The notes beneath the pieces are model-generated. The model searched no databases and was not told the origin of the DNA. It saw only the letters and a list, made by a program, of their open reading frames with translations. Shown piece by piece: positions 42,141-55,600 of a DNA stretch of 64,000 bases. Every line of letters begins with the position of its first letter. Positions within the stretch are counted from its first letter, which is position 1. The stretch lies in contig NC_092671.1 of the NCBI RefSeq assembly GCF_964355755.1, positions 11,656,001 to 11,720,000 on the forward strand, written 5' to 3'. Position numbers and translations under genes: made by a program. The stretch is from Antedon mediterranea (taxonomy: Eukaryota; Animalia; Echinodermata).

Positions 42141-43434
42141 CTGTGAACAAAAATCAAAATGGAATCTGATGAAGGTATATGTATACTCTCACCAAACAGT
42201 CTGTTCCTTCAATTCAATATTTAAATGTATGTATTATTTTTGATATCATATACTATTCAGGACAAATTAATTATTCATAATTCAATTCATATTTATTGTC
42301 TTGAGTATCAGAGTATGTTATTAATTTTGCTTCAGTACATTTACGTCATCACCAGCAAATTAAAATATATTGATATAAAGAAAGGCATATTTAAATGTCA
42401 AGGATTCAGTAAGCTTATATTCTCAAATTGTACATAAATTAATTAAAATTTAAATGTTCGTTTATGTACTGCATGTGTAGCGCCTGAATTGAATAAAATT
42501 GTGTTATTTGGCATGTTTATAATAGAACAGTCAGTCTTTCAAATTTTTCTCTGTTCCGACATATATTATTTGTATATATGCAGTATATAAAACTAATTTA
42601 TTACACATTATTAAAATGGCCATTGACTAGGTTATGCCTAATTGTATTACTTGTTATATTATATGAAAAGGAATTTCTATAAATAAAAAACAACCTCAAT
42701 AAACCTCTATCTATATTAAAATATTGATTTTTTTTATATATTGGATTAAAGACTTTTGTATTAATCTATCATTCAGTAACATCATAAAAACTCAATGAAA
42801 TGTTAATCATATTGATTTAGTATAATACAGTACAAAACATTATTGATATATTATTAAAGTTTCACTAAAAGGGCCAACTATAGAGGGCAGTATTATTGTT
42901 TACCTAGATGTCAGAACTTGTATTTTCTCCATAATAGCAGTATACTGTTCTCACACATTTCCTTGGACAATGAGCTAATTTATCTATCAAAATAGGATAC
43001 CACTGGCTTGGAGGGGAATACTAAGAATATTTTTCCTTTTTGATATGTTCTCACCTATGTCGGTTAATCCGGGTAAGCTAGGCACAAAATAGACTTATCT
43101 ATCTTTTTATATTGAAGTATAATATATTCTATTTACATTTATAGAGGATTCCGTAATATAAGTTCTTTTGTAATAAAAAACTGCATCCTCTTGGTAATAA
43201 AAAAAAATGACAACTTTTATTATATTTAACCCTTAATTAGAAGGACTTTCCATTTGTCAAGTTGCATTCTACCTAAAAATGTATGTGATAACAACATCAG
43301 TTGTTTATTAATATTACATTATCCCTTCTGCATTCTCCAAATTCTAGTAATATAATATTATAATATAATAATATATACTAGGAGCGATCAGGACATAGTG
43401 TATAATAAACTATAAATGTTCCTTAATTATAAAT

Positions 43435-43562
43435 CCAAAGGCAAATTACTGAAAATGCTGTATGTATCAGTGGTTGGATCTCAAAAATAAAATAAACAAA
43501 AACTTAAAGCTAAATCAAAATGATAAAGTCAAACAGCCAGAAACATTTACAGAGCTTTCGTC
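43435..43562 (-). repeat. Truncated inverted copy of the hammerhead-bearing repeat
   Basis: Reverse complement reads CGAAAGCTCTG...TTTCTGGCTGTTT...GAGATCCAACCACTGATAC...CAGTAATTTGCCTTTGGA; the CTGATGA half is missing. Confidence 0.8.
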
Positions 43563-43757
43563 ATGTGCAAAGAAATATAAACATATGTCCTCATTTTTAT
43601 TGACATATTTTATTTTTTAAACTGGAATTTTGTTATGTGCTTAAATTACGGTGCGTTACGTTCACACACAAAAATAAATAATGCCAAATAATCTAGGTTA
43701 AAACCAGTTTAAATCATATATATATATAGATATTAAAATATCCTATGTTTAAATTAA

Positions 43758-44202
43758 CGTTATGTCTAAAGATACGGTACCGTATCCATACTTTTTAAAA
43801 CTAAAAGTACGGTAATTATAGAGGGCGCTATGTAATGTGGATGTTAATCAAATAGGTTATTGCATTGGTTTTCTGCAAGCTAGCTGTGTAGCCTAGTGGG
43901 CATGTGATGAGGCTTTGGCTTAAGGGGTTGGGGGTTCGATGCTCTTCTTGACGTCTTTTTTTTATTTTATTTTTTTAGTTTTTAATTTAAGAGAGATTAT
44001 TTAGAGGGTTAGGTTTTTAATATTTAGGAAGGAGTTTAATATTTAGGAAGGAGTTTTATATTTAGGAACGAGTTTTATATTTAGGTACGAGTTTTAGGAA
44101 TACAATTTTACCGTACTTTTAGCAAACGGAAGCGCCCTCTATAATTACCGTATCTTTAGTTTTTAAAAGCATGGATACGGTACCGTATCTTTAGCAACGG
44201 CG
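43758..44202. mobile_element. TTAA-flanked MITE with ~70-bp TIRs and an internal tRNA-like A/B box
   Basis: CTAAAGATACGGTACCGTATCCAT...TACGGTAATTATAGAGGGCGCT is inverted at 44130-44194; internal TAGCCTAGTGG and GGTTCGATGC. Confidence 0.8.
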
Positions 44203-44884
44203 TTAAATTAATTATAATTAATTTTGTCAGATTTATATTAATTTAATAAGAGTATTAATTAAGAGTATCCATTTCCCCATTATATTCATTTCCCCATTAT
44301 ATTGTAAGTATAATTATTGTATAAGCATTGTATATATTTTGTAAGCTCATGTACTTTAAAAATTACGTGTACTAGCCCTGGGCCTAGGCTAATTTCTCTG
44401 CCGAGAAAATGGACGGTATGACCACGAGCGCCGCCGTGATTATATATCTGACAGGTAGGCCTAGCTAGATATACTACAGTTACCTCGTAACGTAACGTAA
44501 CGTGACTTCTAAGAACAGCCTTAATTAATTAAGTAAGAATAAGATAATAATTTTAAGAATTCATACTCTAGGCTTTATACATACCACAGAAAAAAGCAAC
44601 GTAACATATATCCCAGAATTAATTTACATTAAACAGGTATAAAAAGAAGATTCAACGAAGACTCATAAACGATCCCTGCTATAGGCTATGCCTTAATTTA
44701 TTTATCGATTCTTCCAATTAATTTCACAGTTTGATGATGACCACAGAATCGTACCAAGTGCGGAGGTGTTTCCATGACAATTAAGCAACTACTACCGCCC
44801 TCTATAGCAAGATCAGAATAAATATTAAAGTGTAGCTCCGGGGTTTAAACCTAATATTTATTGGCAACAGATAATAACTTCACT

Positions 44885-45212
44885 TATTTTTACTCGGGGT
44901 ACCCGAGTCTAGGACTTACTCATTTTCTCCTCCTCTTCCTCCATCTGGACACTATTGAGTAAAAAGTGCGATTTTTAAAGTACTACTCCTCCCTTATTAG
45001 TTTTGACATGAATATACTACAGGGACATGTCCTCAAATCTATAGAGCCGGATTTTTAAATTTCAAACCGGATGCAGCCATATGATGTCTCGAAGATGGTA
45101 CCATATAGCCGTATTTGGTAGGTTATTGATGTGTATGTGACGTCACATCCCGTCTTATGACGTCATTACAGCTTCATTTGCTGTACCCCGAGTATCGCAC
45201 ATTCGTGCTTTT
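44885..45212 (+). mobile_element. Helentron-associated non-autonomous element (HINE/DINE-like)
   Basis: Sub-terminal IR TACTCGGGGTAC / GTACCCCGAGTA, 5' palindrome, 3' hairpin GCAC-ATTC-GTGC, T-rich ends. Confidence 0.75.
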
Positions 45213-45283
45213 TTGTTAATTAATTTGTTTAATTAAGAAGCCACAATGTGTGACACACCACACAGCGTAAGGTAGTTATATGC

Positions 45284-45356
45284 GGCTTCTTGGCGTAGTG
45301 GTTATCACGTTTGCTTAACACGCAGAAGGTACCTGGTTCGAGCCCGGGCGAAACCT
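45284..45356 (+). pseudogene. tRNA-Val(AAC)-like pseudogene, copy 1
   Basis: D, anticodon (TTTGC-TTAACAC-GCAGA) and T arms intact; two acceptor-stem mismatches; followed by a T-run. Confidence 0.75.
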
Positions 45357-45571
45357 TTTTTTTTAAATTTTATGGTGAAAAGTTCTGTATACGCAATATG
45401 ATAATTATACACAGTATATCTTATTTTTATTATTTTTTTTAATAACTATTTTGTGTAATCGATAATTATCACTTTTACACATGTTTCTTTTGCTTTGTGC
45501 TTATTACAATATTTATTCTGTAATGTAAATGGATTAAAAAACTTTGTGTAACCCACATTTTTAGTGCAAGA

Positions 45572-45649
45572 GGTTTCGTAGTGTAGTGGTTGTCAAGTCT
45601 GCTTAACAACACGCAGAAGGTCCCGGTTGTTCGAGCCCTGGCAAAACCT
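45572..45649 (+). pseudogene. tRNA-Val-like pseudogene, copy 2 (degenerate)
   Basis: GGTTTCGTAGTGTAGTGG start; 3-nt duplications in the anticodon and T regions; same 3' flank as copy 1. Confidence 0.75.
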
Positions 45650-45711
45650 ATTTTTCTTTAACTTTATGGTGAAATATACTGTATACGTAATATGATATAG
45701 AGTATATCTCG

Positions 45712-46062
45712 TTTTATTACTCGGGGTACCTGAGTCTAGGACTCTCTCATCTTTTACTCTTCTTCTACCATCCAGACACTATTGAGCAAAAAGTGTGATT
45801 TATAAAGTACTACTCCTCCCTTATTCGTTGTAGTATTGAGCTCGGATTTAGCATGAATATACTACAGTGACATGTCCTCAAAGCTATAGAGCCAGATTTT
45901 TTAATTTCAAACCGGATGCAGCCATATCACGTCTCGAAGATGGTACCGTATAGCCGTATTTGGTAGCGCGGTTATTGATGTGTATGTGACGTTACATCCG
46001 GTCTTATGACGTCATTACAGCTTCTTTCGCTGTACCCCGAGTATTGCACATTCGTGCTTGTT
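45712..46062 (+). mobile_element. Second HINE/DINE-like copy
   Basis: Direct repeat of 44885-45212 with the same sub-TIR and 3' hairpin. Confidence 0.75.
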
Positions 46063-49000
46063 TGACAGAAGTACCGTTGTGCTGCTGCTGCCTTTTCAAT
46101 GTATATGATAGGAAAATCATTAAATAATTTTTTTTTTAAAGTATAGAAATTTAAATAGCAATTAATTTTACACACAAACATGTTTTATTACAAATTGTTA
46201 CCCACTTTAAACCCCAGAGCTACGTTTCTTATATTCATAGTATAGTAATAATTGTTTATCATGTGACCATCAACACATCAACATTAATCATTCCATCAAT
46301 AAACAAAAATGAAAAACTACATTATTAGGTATGACAGAAAATTTATTTACAAGCATTAACACTGCACACATACCAATACAAGACTGTTGCATGCTAAGAT
46401 ATAAATTGGAATATCATATACATTCTTACTGCCTTTATTATGGCATATTCGTTTTGACAAAATAGTTGCAATTATTATTTCTATACTATTTAATGGTCCA
46501 TTTTTACTATCATAGTTTATTTATAAGTTTTATTAGTATTAAGTTCCAAAAAAAAAAAAAAAAAAAAACATACAGAGTACAGTCAATAAACACTGTACAC
46601 TTTTGTTTATCTCCAATATTATTTTAAACTTGTTCGATTTTATAATACAAAATATACATAAACTGCCTTTCCATGGTTAAATAATAAAAATGGGTAATAA
46701 TAATATCAAAGATTATACTAAGGATTGCACTCACTTCAAAACCCTTTAAATAATATTAGTTGAAAGTTCACATGAACATTATAAAATCAATTGTCTTTCT
46801 CATAAAAGGATAATATATAGATATTGTTTCATTTAATGTAGCGCAAACTAACATTGGATGTTTTGATATTATTCATTCTAATTTTAGCTCTAAAGTATGG
46901 GTATGAGAAGCCACATATGTCAAAATGTAAGTGTATCCATTTGGTTGGATTACATTATGCAGTGCATAATTTGGATCCATCTTCACGATTTGGTGGTACA
47001 TCGCACATTCAGGTGTTTGTACAAATTTTGAGTTTGTGCAAAAACAATTTGTTTATCCATTATGATGATGTACATTGACGTAATTTAAAATGATAACCTT
47101 CTTCCTTTATGAATCAATGACTTAATATTTATATCTTTTAAAAGTAATATTTATTTAATTAATTATAATTATTTTATGTTTTATGTTTAAACCAAGGTGA
47201 TTTAAAGTTTGTGGTACACCTTATATATTAACTAGTTCTGAAAGAAGAGTTTCTAGACGTTTAGATCAATACAATTTGATCGCCAAACCTTTAAACAATA
47301 GAACACCAGATGAGGTTACTCTACATTTCGATCTATACACTTTGATCGTCCTCAGGAGTGAGGAAACATTAAATTCAACTGTTCAGAACTATAGTTAATA
47401 TAATGTGTGTAACGCAAACTTTGTATCAGTATTGATTTCGCCATGAAAACATTTAAACAATTTAACACAGGATGAGCGGTAGAAAAAATTACACAAGTTT
47501 ATAAAGAATTTATGAGAATTTGTCCAATCGAGAAATCAACGAATAAAGTGTACCACTCCCCAAGATTTAAACCCTAATAAAAAGAGATACAAATAAATCA
47601 TGCAGCACATTAGAAGCAGGATTTAGCATGTATCCCTGTCAATACGAATAAAATATAATAATAGAATTTAATATATATACAGTAATTTACTATTATATAC
47701 TTTCAATTGTACCTTTTTATACCCTTACTGTACATTAACTTTGTATTTCGTTCAAAATATTAAACTTGTTTTTACCTTGTATCATTACAATATTTACATA
47801 ACAGCAATTCGTAATAACAAAAAATGTATATCATTGTATAGTATACATTACAGTATCTACAGTATTTTTCCAAATGAAATTGTGAAATATTTGTGCAATA
47901 TATAGCAAGGTGTGTATTTCATTATTTTCATATAAATTATTAATTTCATGCCTTATAATTGTATGTTCCAATAAAATGGTGATGGTGATATATACGGTGA
48001 TTTGTAATAAATATATGGATTACTATAAGCAGATATTTTTTAATATAAGGTCAACTATATGTTCAAATAGGAAATTATTTTTTAAATTTTAAAATAAAAA
48101 TACACTTTATTTTGAAGGATCACACATTTTAGGTGAAGTAGTAGTATAAATAAATAAAATTTCATCTCGTGAAGATTTTTTTATTACGGAAAGGTGATTA
48201 GTCAAGAATGTTTTGCAAAACCAAGAGTTTAAAAACTATGAATTCTTAATTAGCCTACTCATTGATTTTGACAAGGATGGCACATTAAAGTTCACACCTC
48301 AATATATTGACCATGATAGTACAGTAGTATCTTGTCTTCATGAAAGCTATCTAAGAATCTGATTGTGAGGGGAAGTATGGGGTATTTTCCACCTACAGAT
48401 AATGAGCATCAGAAATCAGTTTTCTGAACTTTCACGGGTAAGCTAAAGCATTTCCGGCAAGTTGTAAATTAAGTCTTGTTTTACAAGAATCTGTGCTTTC
48501 TAAAAGATACACAAAACACAATCTTGGCTGTCTGCCATACCAGGCAGAACCAGGATGAAAAAAATGTTAAATTAATAGAGGTTGACTACTTTAATACCAC
48601 ACTGGCACATCATAAAACATACACATTATTTTATTCCCCAAAACAATATTGCTTTTGATATTCTACTAAACTTAATGGATGACAATGAAATAGTGGGAAA
48701 AGTTTCATATCAAATTAATGAATTTAACACTGAGCATGTTCATATTATATCTTATTTTATAATAAATTATATAATTATATTATCAAAATTATATAATTTA
48801 TTGCATAGCAGTGTCAACATGTCAACCTCAAAAAACACATCTGTTATGACTTGAAAATAAAAAATATTTCTTAAAAAATAATTTTAGCTATTTAAATAAT
48901 AACACAATACACCCTTAAATCCATAATGAAATTTATAATACTGTAAATTATATATAAATAAGATTTATACAACCAATAAATGAATTTTAAAAACTAAATA

Positions 49001-49089
49001 AAATAATTATATAAAATATATAAATGTATAAACATTCTGTAATTAATTTTCCTTACATCTGGTTTAACTGTTTAGACATATTTTTTACC

Positions 49090-49232
49090 AATTAATATCA
49101 ATGTGATACTGTACCAATACCAATCAATATACAAACTTATCAATATCAATATTAATTTATCAATATTAATTTATCAATATCAATTTATCAATACCAATTT
49201 ATCAATATCAAATTTATCAAAATCAATTTATC
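49090..49232 (+). repeat. Low-complexity tandem repeat (ATCAATATCAATTT)n
   Basis: Visible directly; explains the spurious ORF 49103-49309. Confidence 0.85.
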
Positions 49233-49618
49233 TCACATCTGGTTTTACTTATATAGGAATATCTCACCAGGATCAAGGAATCAAGTTTGGTTTAGGTGGA
49301 CTAAAATAAAAGAAACACAAATCAATCACAGAAAATGGAAATGTCACATGTGGATGCTGTCCAACTTTAAACCCGGATCTGGTATAAATTCAGCCTCATA
49401 CAATAAACTTGCTGTATGCTTCTTCTGGCTCTGCTGATGTCCATATTTATTGAAAGTCTTATAAACAATAGAGTAGAGGAAATCCATTCATAACCACCGT
49501 AATCAAATATAAGCTAAGAATACTGTAATCAGTTTTTGTTCAAAATGTGTAATAGATTTACAGGTACTGTTTTGCTGATTTTTAGTTGTGTACAATATCG
49601 ATGTTGAATTGGTTCTGT

Positions 49619-52600
49619 CTACAATGAGTCCAGTTTGTCACGACAAGCATTTGCCACAACTTCCAGACTATCTTGATCAAGTTCCTTCACTAACGCCAGT
49701 ACTGCTTGCAACACATTAGAATTCTGAAATTACAATAAAGAAAATGTAAGATTACTATTTATTAGTATATGTCAGATTACCTGGTTTAATAGCAGACAAT
49801 ACCAAACAAGTTGAAGCAATGTGGTAATACCAAATACGATTTCCCCAGTTCACGCACATGACACAGTGACTACCATAATAAACACTATACCTATATTAGG
49901 TTATTATTATTAGATTATCTATCATACAATTAAAGATAAGTTCTACTTTGAAGCTCTTTTTAAAGCATAGTAGTAAAACACAAAGCATTATGGAAAGATG
50001 ATGAAAATGGTATGCTTTTAAAATGTAATTGTAATAAATCAGAGATTTAATATTCTAGCCTTTACACAGATCAAGCTTTCAAAGCAAACATTATGTATTA
50101 TGTAGGACATCTCCATTAAACTATAATAAATGTTTTATTCGATGAGTGACCTCTAACCAGCATGATAATAAAACAGCAAGTAATCATAAAACACATTACA
50201 CACTGGACAATTAGTTGCAACCTCTATGTCACTTTTCTGTCGCCACATTTGTCTGGCAAGGCTAACAAATTGTCACAAAATATGGTTTGATAGTATGTTA
50301 TGGTGTGCTCGACGTTATTGAACTAAACTGAATTAAGTAGAAATGTGCGGGTTTTTGGTGCAAAGCAATAACAAGTGTATGTAAATGTGGATATAAAGAG
50401 GCGCTGGGTATCCAGTCCAGCTCTTAACAGGATGCGATAAAATGTTTATTAAAATGGCTGTCTGAAGAAAACATAGAATATAATTATGATCAGAAAGTTT
50501 TCTAATATTTTAGATGCAATGGCTAATTCTACTACTGTACATTATTACTAAAATACTGTAAATTTATACTTTTTTAGGCCTAGATCGATCATGAAATACT
50601 GTTCATGAAAACCTAATTTGAGGTATGTGAATAATTTTGTTTAATAAATCTTCTACTGATAAGATATGACAAGGGTTGAATATTACATTTCACATGTAAT
50701 ATCTATTTGAGCCAATTGTCACTTAAATATTAAACTAAACATTCGCAGTTTGATTTGTAGCGAAGAACTATCCATTTACATTCATTTAGCGGATGCTTTA
50801 AAAAACACAAACTATCCTTAACCACCGCAGGGATAATAATGAAAAGACTTAGAAAATAACAATAGGGAGAAGAAAATTTGAGATTCCATTAAGACAATGA
50901 GCAACAAAGGATGTGTTATGTTTTAAAATGATACCATGTAAGAAGAAATTCTGTTGATGAACAATTAAGGGCTAAAAAAACAAATTATTCGTTGAAATAT
51001 GATAGTAATCTGTATGCATGCCGCCGTGTACAATCACTACTTTGCAAGAATTTGGGTTGTAAATGAGTCTCATGTTCATGTGATTTTGAGTCGTTCGCTG
51101 TCGTTTTTTTCATAGATGATGATGAAACTTGGCATTTGGTAGTGGATTGATTGAAAGTGACGCGAGCAATTTAGCCCAGTTTTTGTACGAGGGGAATAAA
51201 GGTAAACATTTTCTCTTCTGACATATAATGTACATTTTGTCTTTTTGACATAACATAAATAAAGTAGTTATTTATTATAAATATTTATTGTGTTTTCATA
51301 TTTTTCTGAAGGTTTAAGATTAGCGTCGCCAGATTACACTATCACTATTATGTTTGTTATTTTTCATAGAATTTAATATATTAATGAATCAATGTGTATA
51401 CTGGTGTGAAATAATGATATAAATTTGAAATAATGTCATTATCAATATTAATAAAATGATTTTTTATTAGATAAATCGCAAAATAGGATAAGGATAGGAT
51501 AAAAACCAAGTCTTGCACCAAACTTATTTCTATTGTCTAAAAAAGTATGTGATATTAAGGTGAAATAATGGCAAAAACAACTAAAATGCAGTTTTCAAAT
51601 AGTTAGCAGTACTCCATAATGCAAACTTTGTTTTGGATGTCACATATGGATCATCAGTTTATACACCTGAACTAATTGCCACTCTAAAACTTTATAAAAC
51701 AAAATCTACACTATTCTATTAATGAAGTTAAATTATTTTTGCAATTTAACTCGATGTCAAATCCTGTCAATCCAAGCGATGACGTGATGGGATAACAAAG
51801 CAATCACAATTTCTGACATAATCTACTCAGTACCTAACCTCTTTCTCACTTTATGTATACATTCATCAATAGTTATTACATTATAAATTCTAATTACAAA
51901 ATCTAACATCATTCAGTATTATAAAAATTCAATGCTCGTTTAATGTTTTAAATGTGTTGTATTTTTATAATGTCAATGCAAATTTCATGTTCTATGACAC
52001 GTTTTATTGACAAGTTATAATTATCTTGAAATAATTTCATTTGGTGATGTATTGACCGGACTGTAACCTAGATCAACAGTCTACTTGACAAAGCAAACTA
52101 AATGTTGAACGTCTGTGTAAATATAATTTTTAATACTTTTCCATCTATTGGATCAACAAAGTATAATTAGTTTACACCACACATACAACCAAAAGTTACT
52201 GTAGTGTAACAGACATTTTAGTTACTTTTAAAAAAAGATTCTTAGAATTTGAATAAAAACAATTTGATTTAAATGTATTAAAAACATCTTTATGCCCAAC
52301 TTTTTTTTATTGACGCAGGCATCGTGACAATAGTAATATAATTATTGTATATAGTGGATAAAAATTAAATATTACTGAACAATATTGTCTTACAAATTAT
52401 TTTAGATCTTTTATCAATAGACAATATTTTTGTATCATTATCCAATCTTCACCCATCTTTCATGATTGATTGGACATGCACTGGTCTATAAAAATCACAT
52501 CTCAAATAAAGTGAGAATCAATGGCCGTATATCAGATGTCCCCATTGGCTATTACTTATTATCGTATGTTTTATTGACTCATACATTTCCTATAAGTTCA

Positions 52601-55600
52601 ATCTTAAGACCAACGACGTTGCAATTAGATGTACATTACGCAACCACGTTTCTGGTGATTTCATTGAATTTTACTCATCAGTGTTTACGTGAAAAGATAC
52701 GCATTTTTAAATGGGATAATACTAATTATAATGAAACCAGCTTTCTAAAGTTGTTTTGATTTTTTGTAATAAATTGTTTTTCGGTGCAACAAATGGTGTA
52801 AACATTGAGAGATGTTACTTTATTTGAAATTATAATTATTGACAAATTTGTTTTGCTGTTTAAAATTTATATATTTATATTTATACTGGGTAACCTCTTC
52901 AGTCAAAGACTGGTTTCCCAGAGGGCCCAGTTGGTGATCAGTGGCTGTGATGTACTAATACACCAGGGTAACCCCCTACTCGTCTCGAAAGATGTACTAG
53001 GTTCTTTAAAGTGCACACGAGTTAGATGTCTACACTGGACCTACGGTTTATAGTCCTTATCCGAGAAGACTCGTTCTACCACCAGAACCATGGAGTGAAT
53101 GAGCCTCGAACCCCTGCCGATGTTATGGCTACGTAATTACGGTTCCATTGTCTTAACCGTTCGGTCACTCACTTACTCGGTTGTGATTTTAAAATAAAGA
53201 AATATAAATATACCTTATATTTAAATATAAATTAACATAAAATAGTCCTGTTCATACTTAATAGTATACATATTTAAATAGTACTTTACTTTAATATAAA
53301 AAATGTTATGTTTGTAAATTTTTTTTCAATCAATCACACACACCACATCAAGTGTTCATTGTTGGTAGGTGTAAACTATCCGCAGTCAACTTGGCTGCAT
53401 TAGTTTTTTTCCTGCCTTTCCCAAGACACGGATAAATCACTTACCTTACAAATAATTTTCCTGTTCCTAGCCGGCACACTTACAGGGTAACAGACAAAAC
53501 AATAAATCACAACACACATCCTTTACATTTAAGAATTTCCGGCGGAAAATTGTGACGCAGTCAAACAAACTCACGTTCGAAAGTTCAAAGTAAAATATTG
53601 TATAAAATTACAGGTTTTTATTCTACATATTCATGTTTTATCCCATCAAATTAGTATGCTATGGCACAATATTTAAATGAATTTCTGACTGCTTTTGTTT
53701 AAAAATCTGATAAACAAAGAATAGAATTACAGTCTTCTTTAATTTATAATTAACTTTTATAAACACAATCTACTTCACACATAAACACAACGTGTGAATT
53801 GATGATTTAGTATCAGTGGATCTCAGTCTGAAAATTAACAGCCAAAAAATGTTACTACTATGATGATTATAAATAATTGTTTATGATAATATTTCATTGG
53901 GCAAAAGTTAATCAAAATGTATTAGATTACAGATTTGCTTGCTAAATTCTAATTTGTACGAATCAATTCCAAACTAATTAATTAAGCTAATTAAACTTTT
54001 TGTGTGTATATATGGGCATTAAAATAAATAAAATGACATTATAATACTGTATAAAATTACTTTTAATGTGAAGCCAAGATCTGAAAATTTGAAGGCAAAT
54101 TTATTATTTATTTCTCTCCAGACAACCTAATCCATAATTATACAATTTATCTTAATTTGCAATTACCAAACAAAAACAAGATCCTTGATATAAAAATAAA
54201 CATAATGTAGGCGTCAAAGTACTGATTCTAGCTTGGTTGATGTTTAGATAATAGCTAATGGACTGCAATAGCTTTCTTTGCCTCGTCAACTTTCACACAA
54301 GTGAATGAATCAATACATATAGTTATTAGATTGGCTTAGCAATATGACAGGGTCATAAGATAAAAAAATTAAAGATATATTACTAGCTATCAAGCGTGGC
54401 AATGTTAGAAGTAGGAAGAGAAATTGGAAATGTAATATCAATTTTACAGATGCAGATTTGACAATGATTTGCAGAAAATTAATGAGTATTCAAGGATACT
54501 AATAAATAATACAATAAGTTGATTAATAGGATTTATCTGTTACTAGGAAAGAACGCCACCCCAAGGGCGGCTTCTGCTACCCTTCCCCATCCAATGTGTT
54601 TTCAAACCTTCCCAGCCATTTTGAAACGCCATGTGTATGGATGCATGAAACAGGAAAAAACAGAAATCCATACAAACTCACTCTAATATAGAATCAAAGT
54701 ACAAATAGACAAGGTGGGTGGGGAAGTACAGTATGGTGTTACTGTTGCCTGACATATGGTAGACACCACCAACCATCTGATTATCCCTCAAACTACTTTA
54801 CAAAATCAATTTCTAGTACAATAATGTTATTTTAAATTCTCAATAATTTCTTGTGTGGTATTCATGTTTAGGTGGTAAATCACTCTGCTGAGTGCTGAAA
54901 AATATATATAAACAATATAACACTTTTGGGGTTTCTGGTAAATCCAATTAACACATTCCATATGATATTGCGATGGGGGAGTTGACTTGCCCAAACAATA
55001 GGTTAAATAAAAGCAAGGAGACCGTTAAAAGCAAGTTGTATCAAGTATATACCACACCATTGCTTATTTGTTATGTCCTGCTCGATAGCCTTCCCCTACT
55101 TACCCTTGTTTTTGAAATTCCTGAACGTTGATGATTTTTTAATGGTGATATTTTCTCAGCTGGTAGTGCTCGTAACCCTAGTTGTTGCCTAATCTTGCTA
55201 TAAAGAACAAAATTCAAAAACATTTATATTAAAAAAAATATGAACTAAAAGAAACATTTTCATTTTAAAACACATTAAAAAAAATATGTACTGCTCTATG
55301 ACAATTTTAGAAAAATCATGATACGATAATTAATTTATAAAGTAGAGTTAAACTTTTAATTGCAGATGTATTATGCCCATAAAAGATAACATATTTAAAA
55401 GCATTAAACAGAACTACTACAGTACTGTCAAACACAATACAGTCATTACATTATCGATTTAGATCAAATATAATTGCAAATGAGCTAGACATGTAAAATT
55501 TTAAATAAATATTGAAGCATTTAATGTAATAATACTATAGTTATATTGTACAATGATAACCTCCATAGCCTCATTTCAATACTATCATTCCCTTGGGGAA

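Noticed and set aside
45284-45649. Functional tRNA-Val genes
   Set aside because: Acceptor-stem mismatches in copy 1, insertions in copy 2, and both lie inside a repeat composite.
46854-47480. Short ORFs with signal-peptide-like or RT-like fragments
   Set aside because: No splice or homology support; at most decayed LINE remnants that I cannot classify.
51110-51225. C/D box snoRNA or miR-183-family-like sequence
   Set aside because: No convincing terminal stem, rRNA antisense element or pre-miRNA hairpin; antisense to the host gene.
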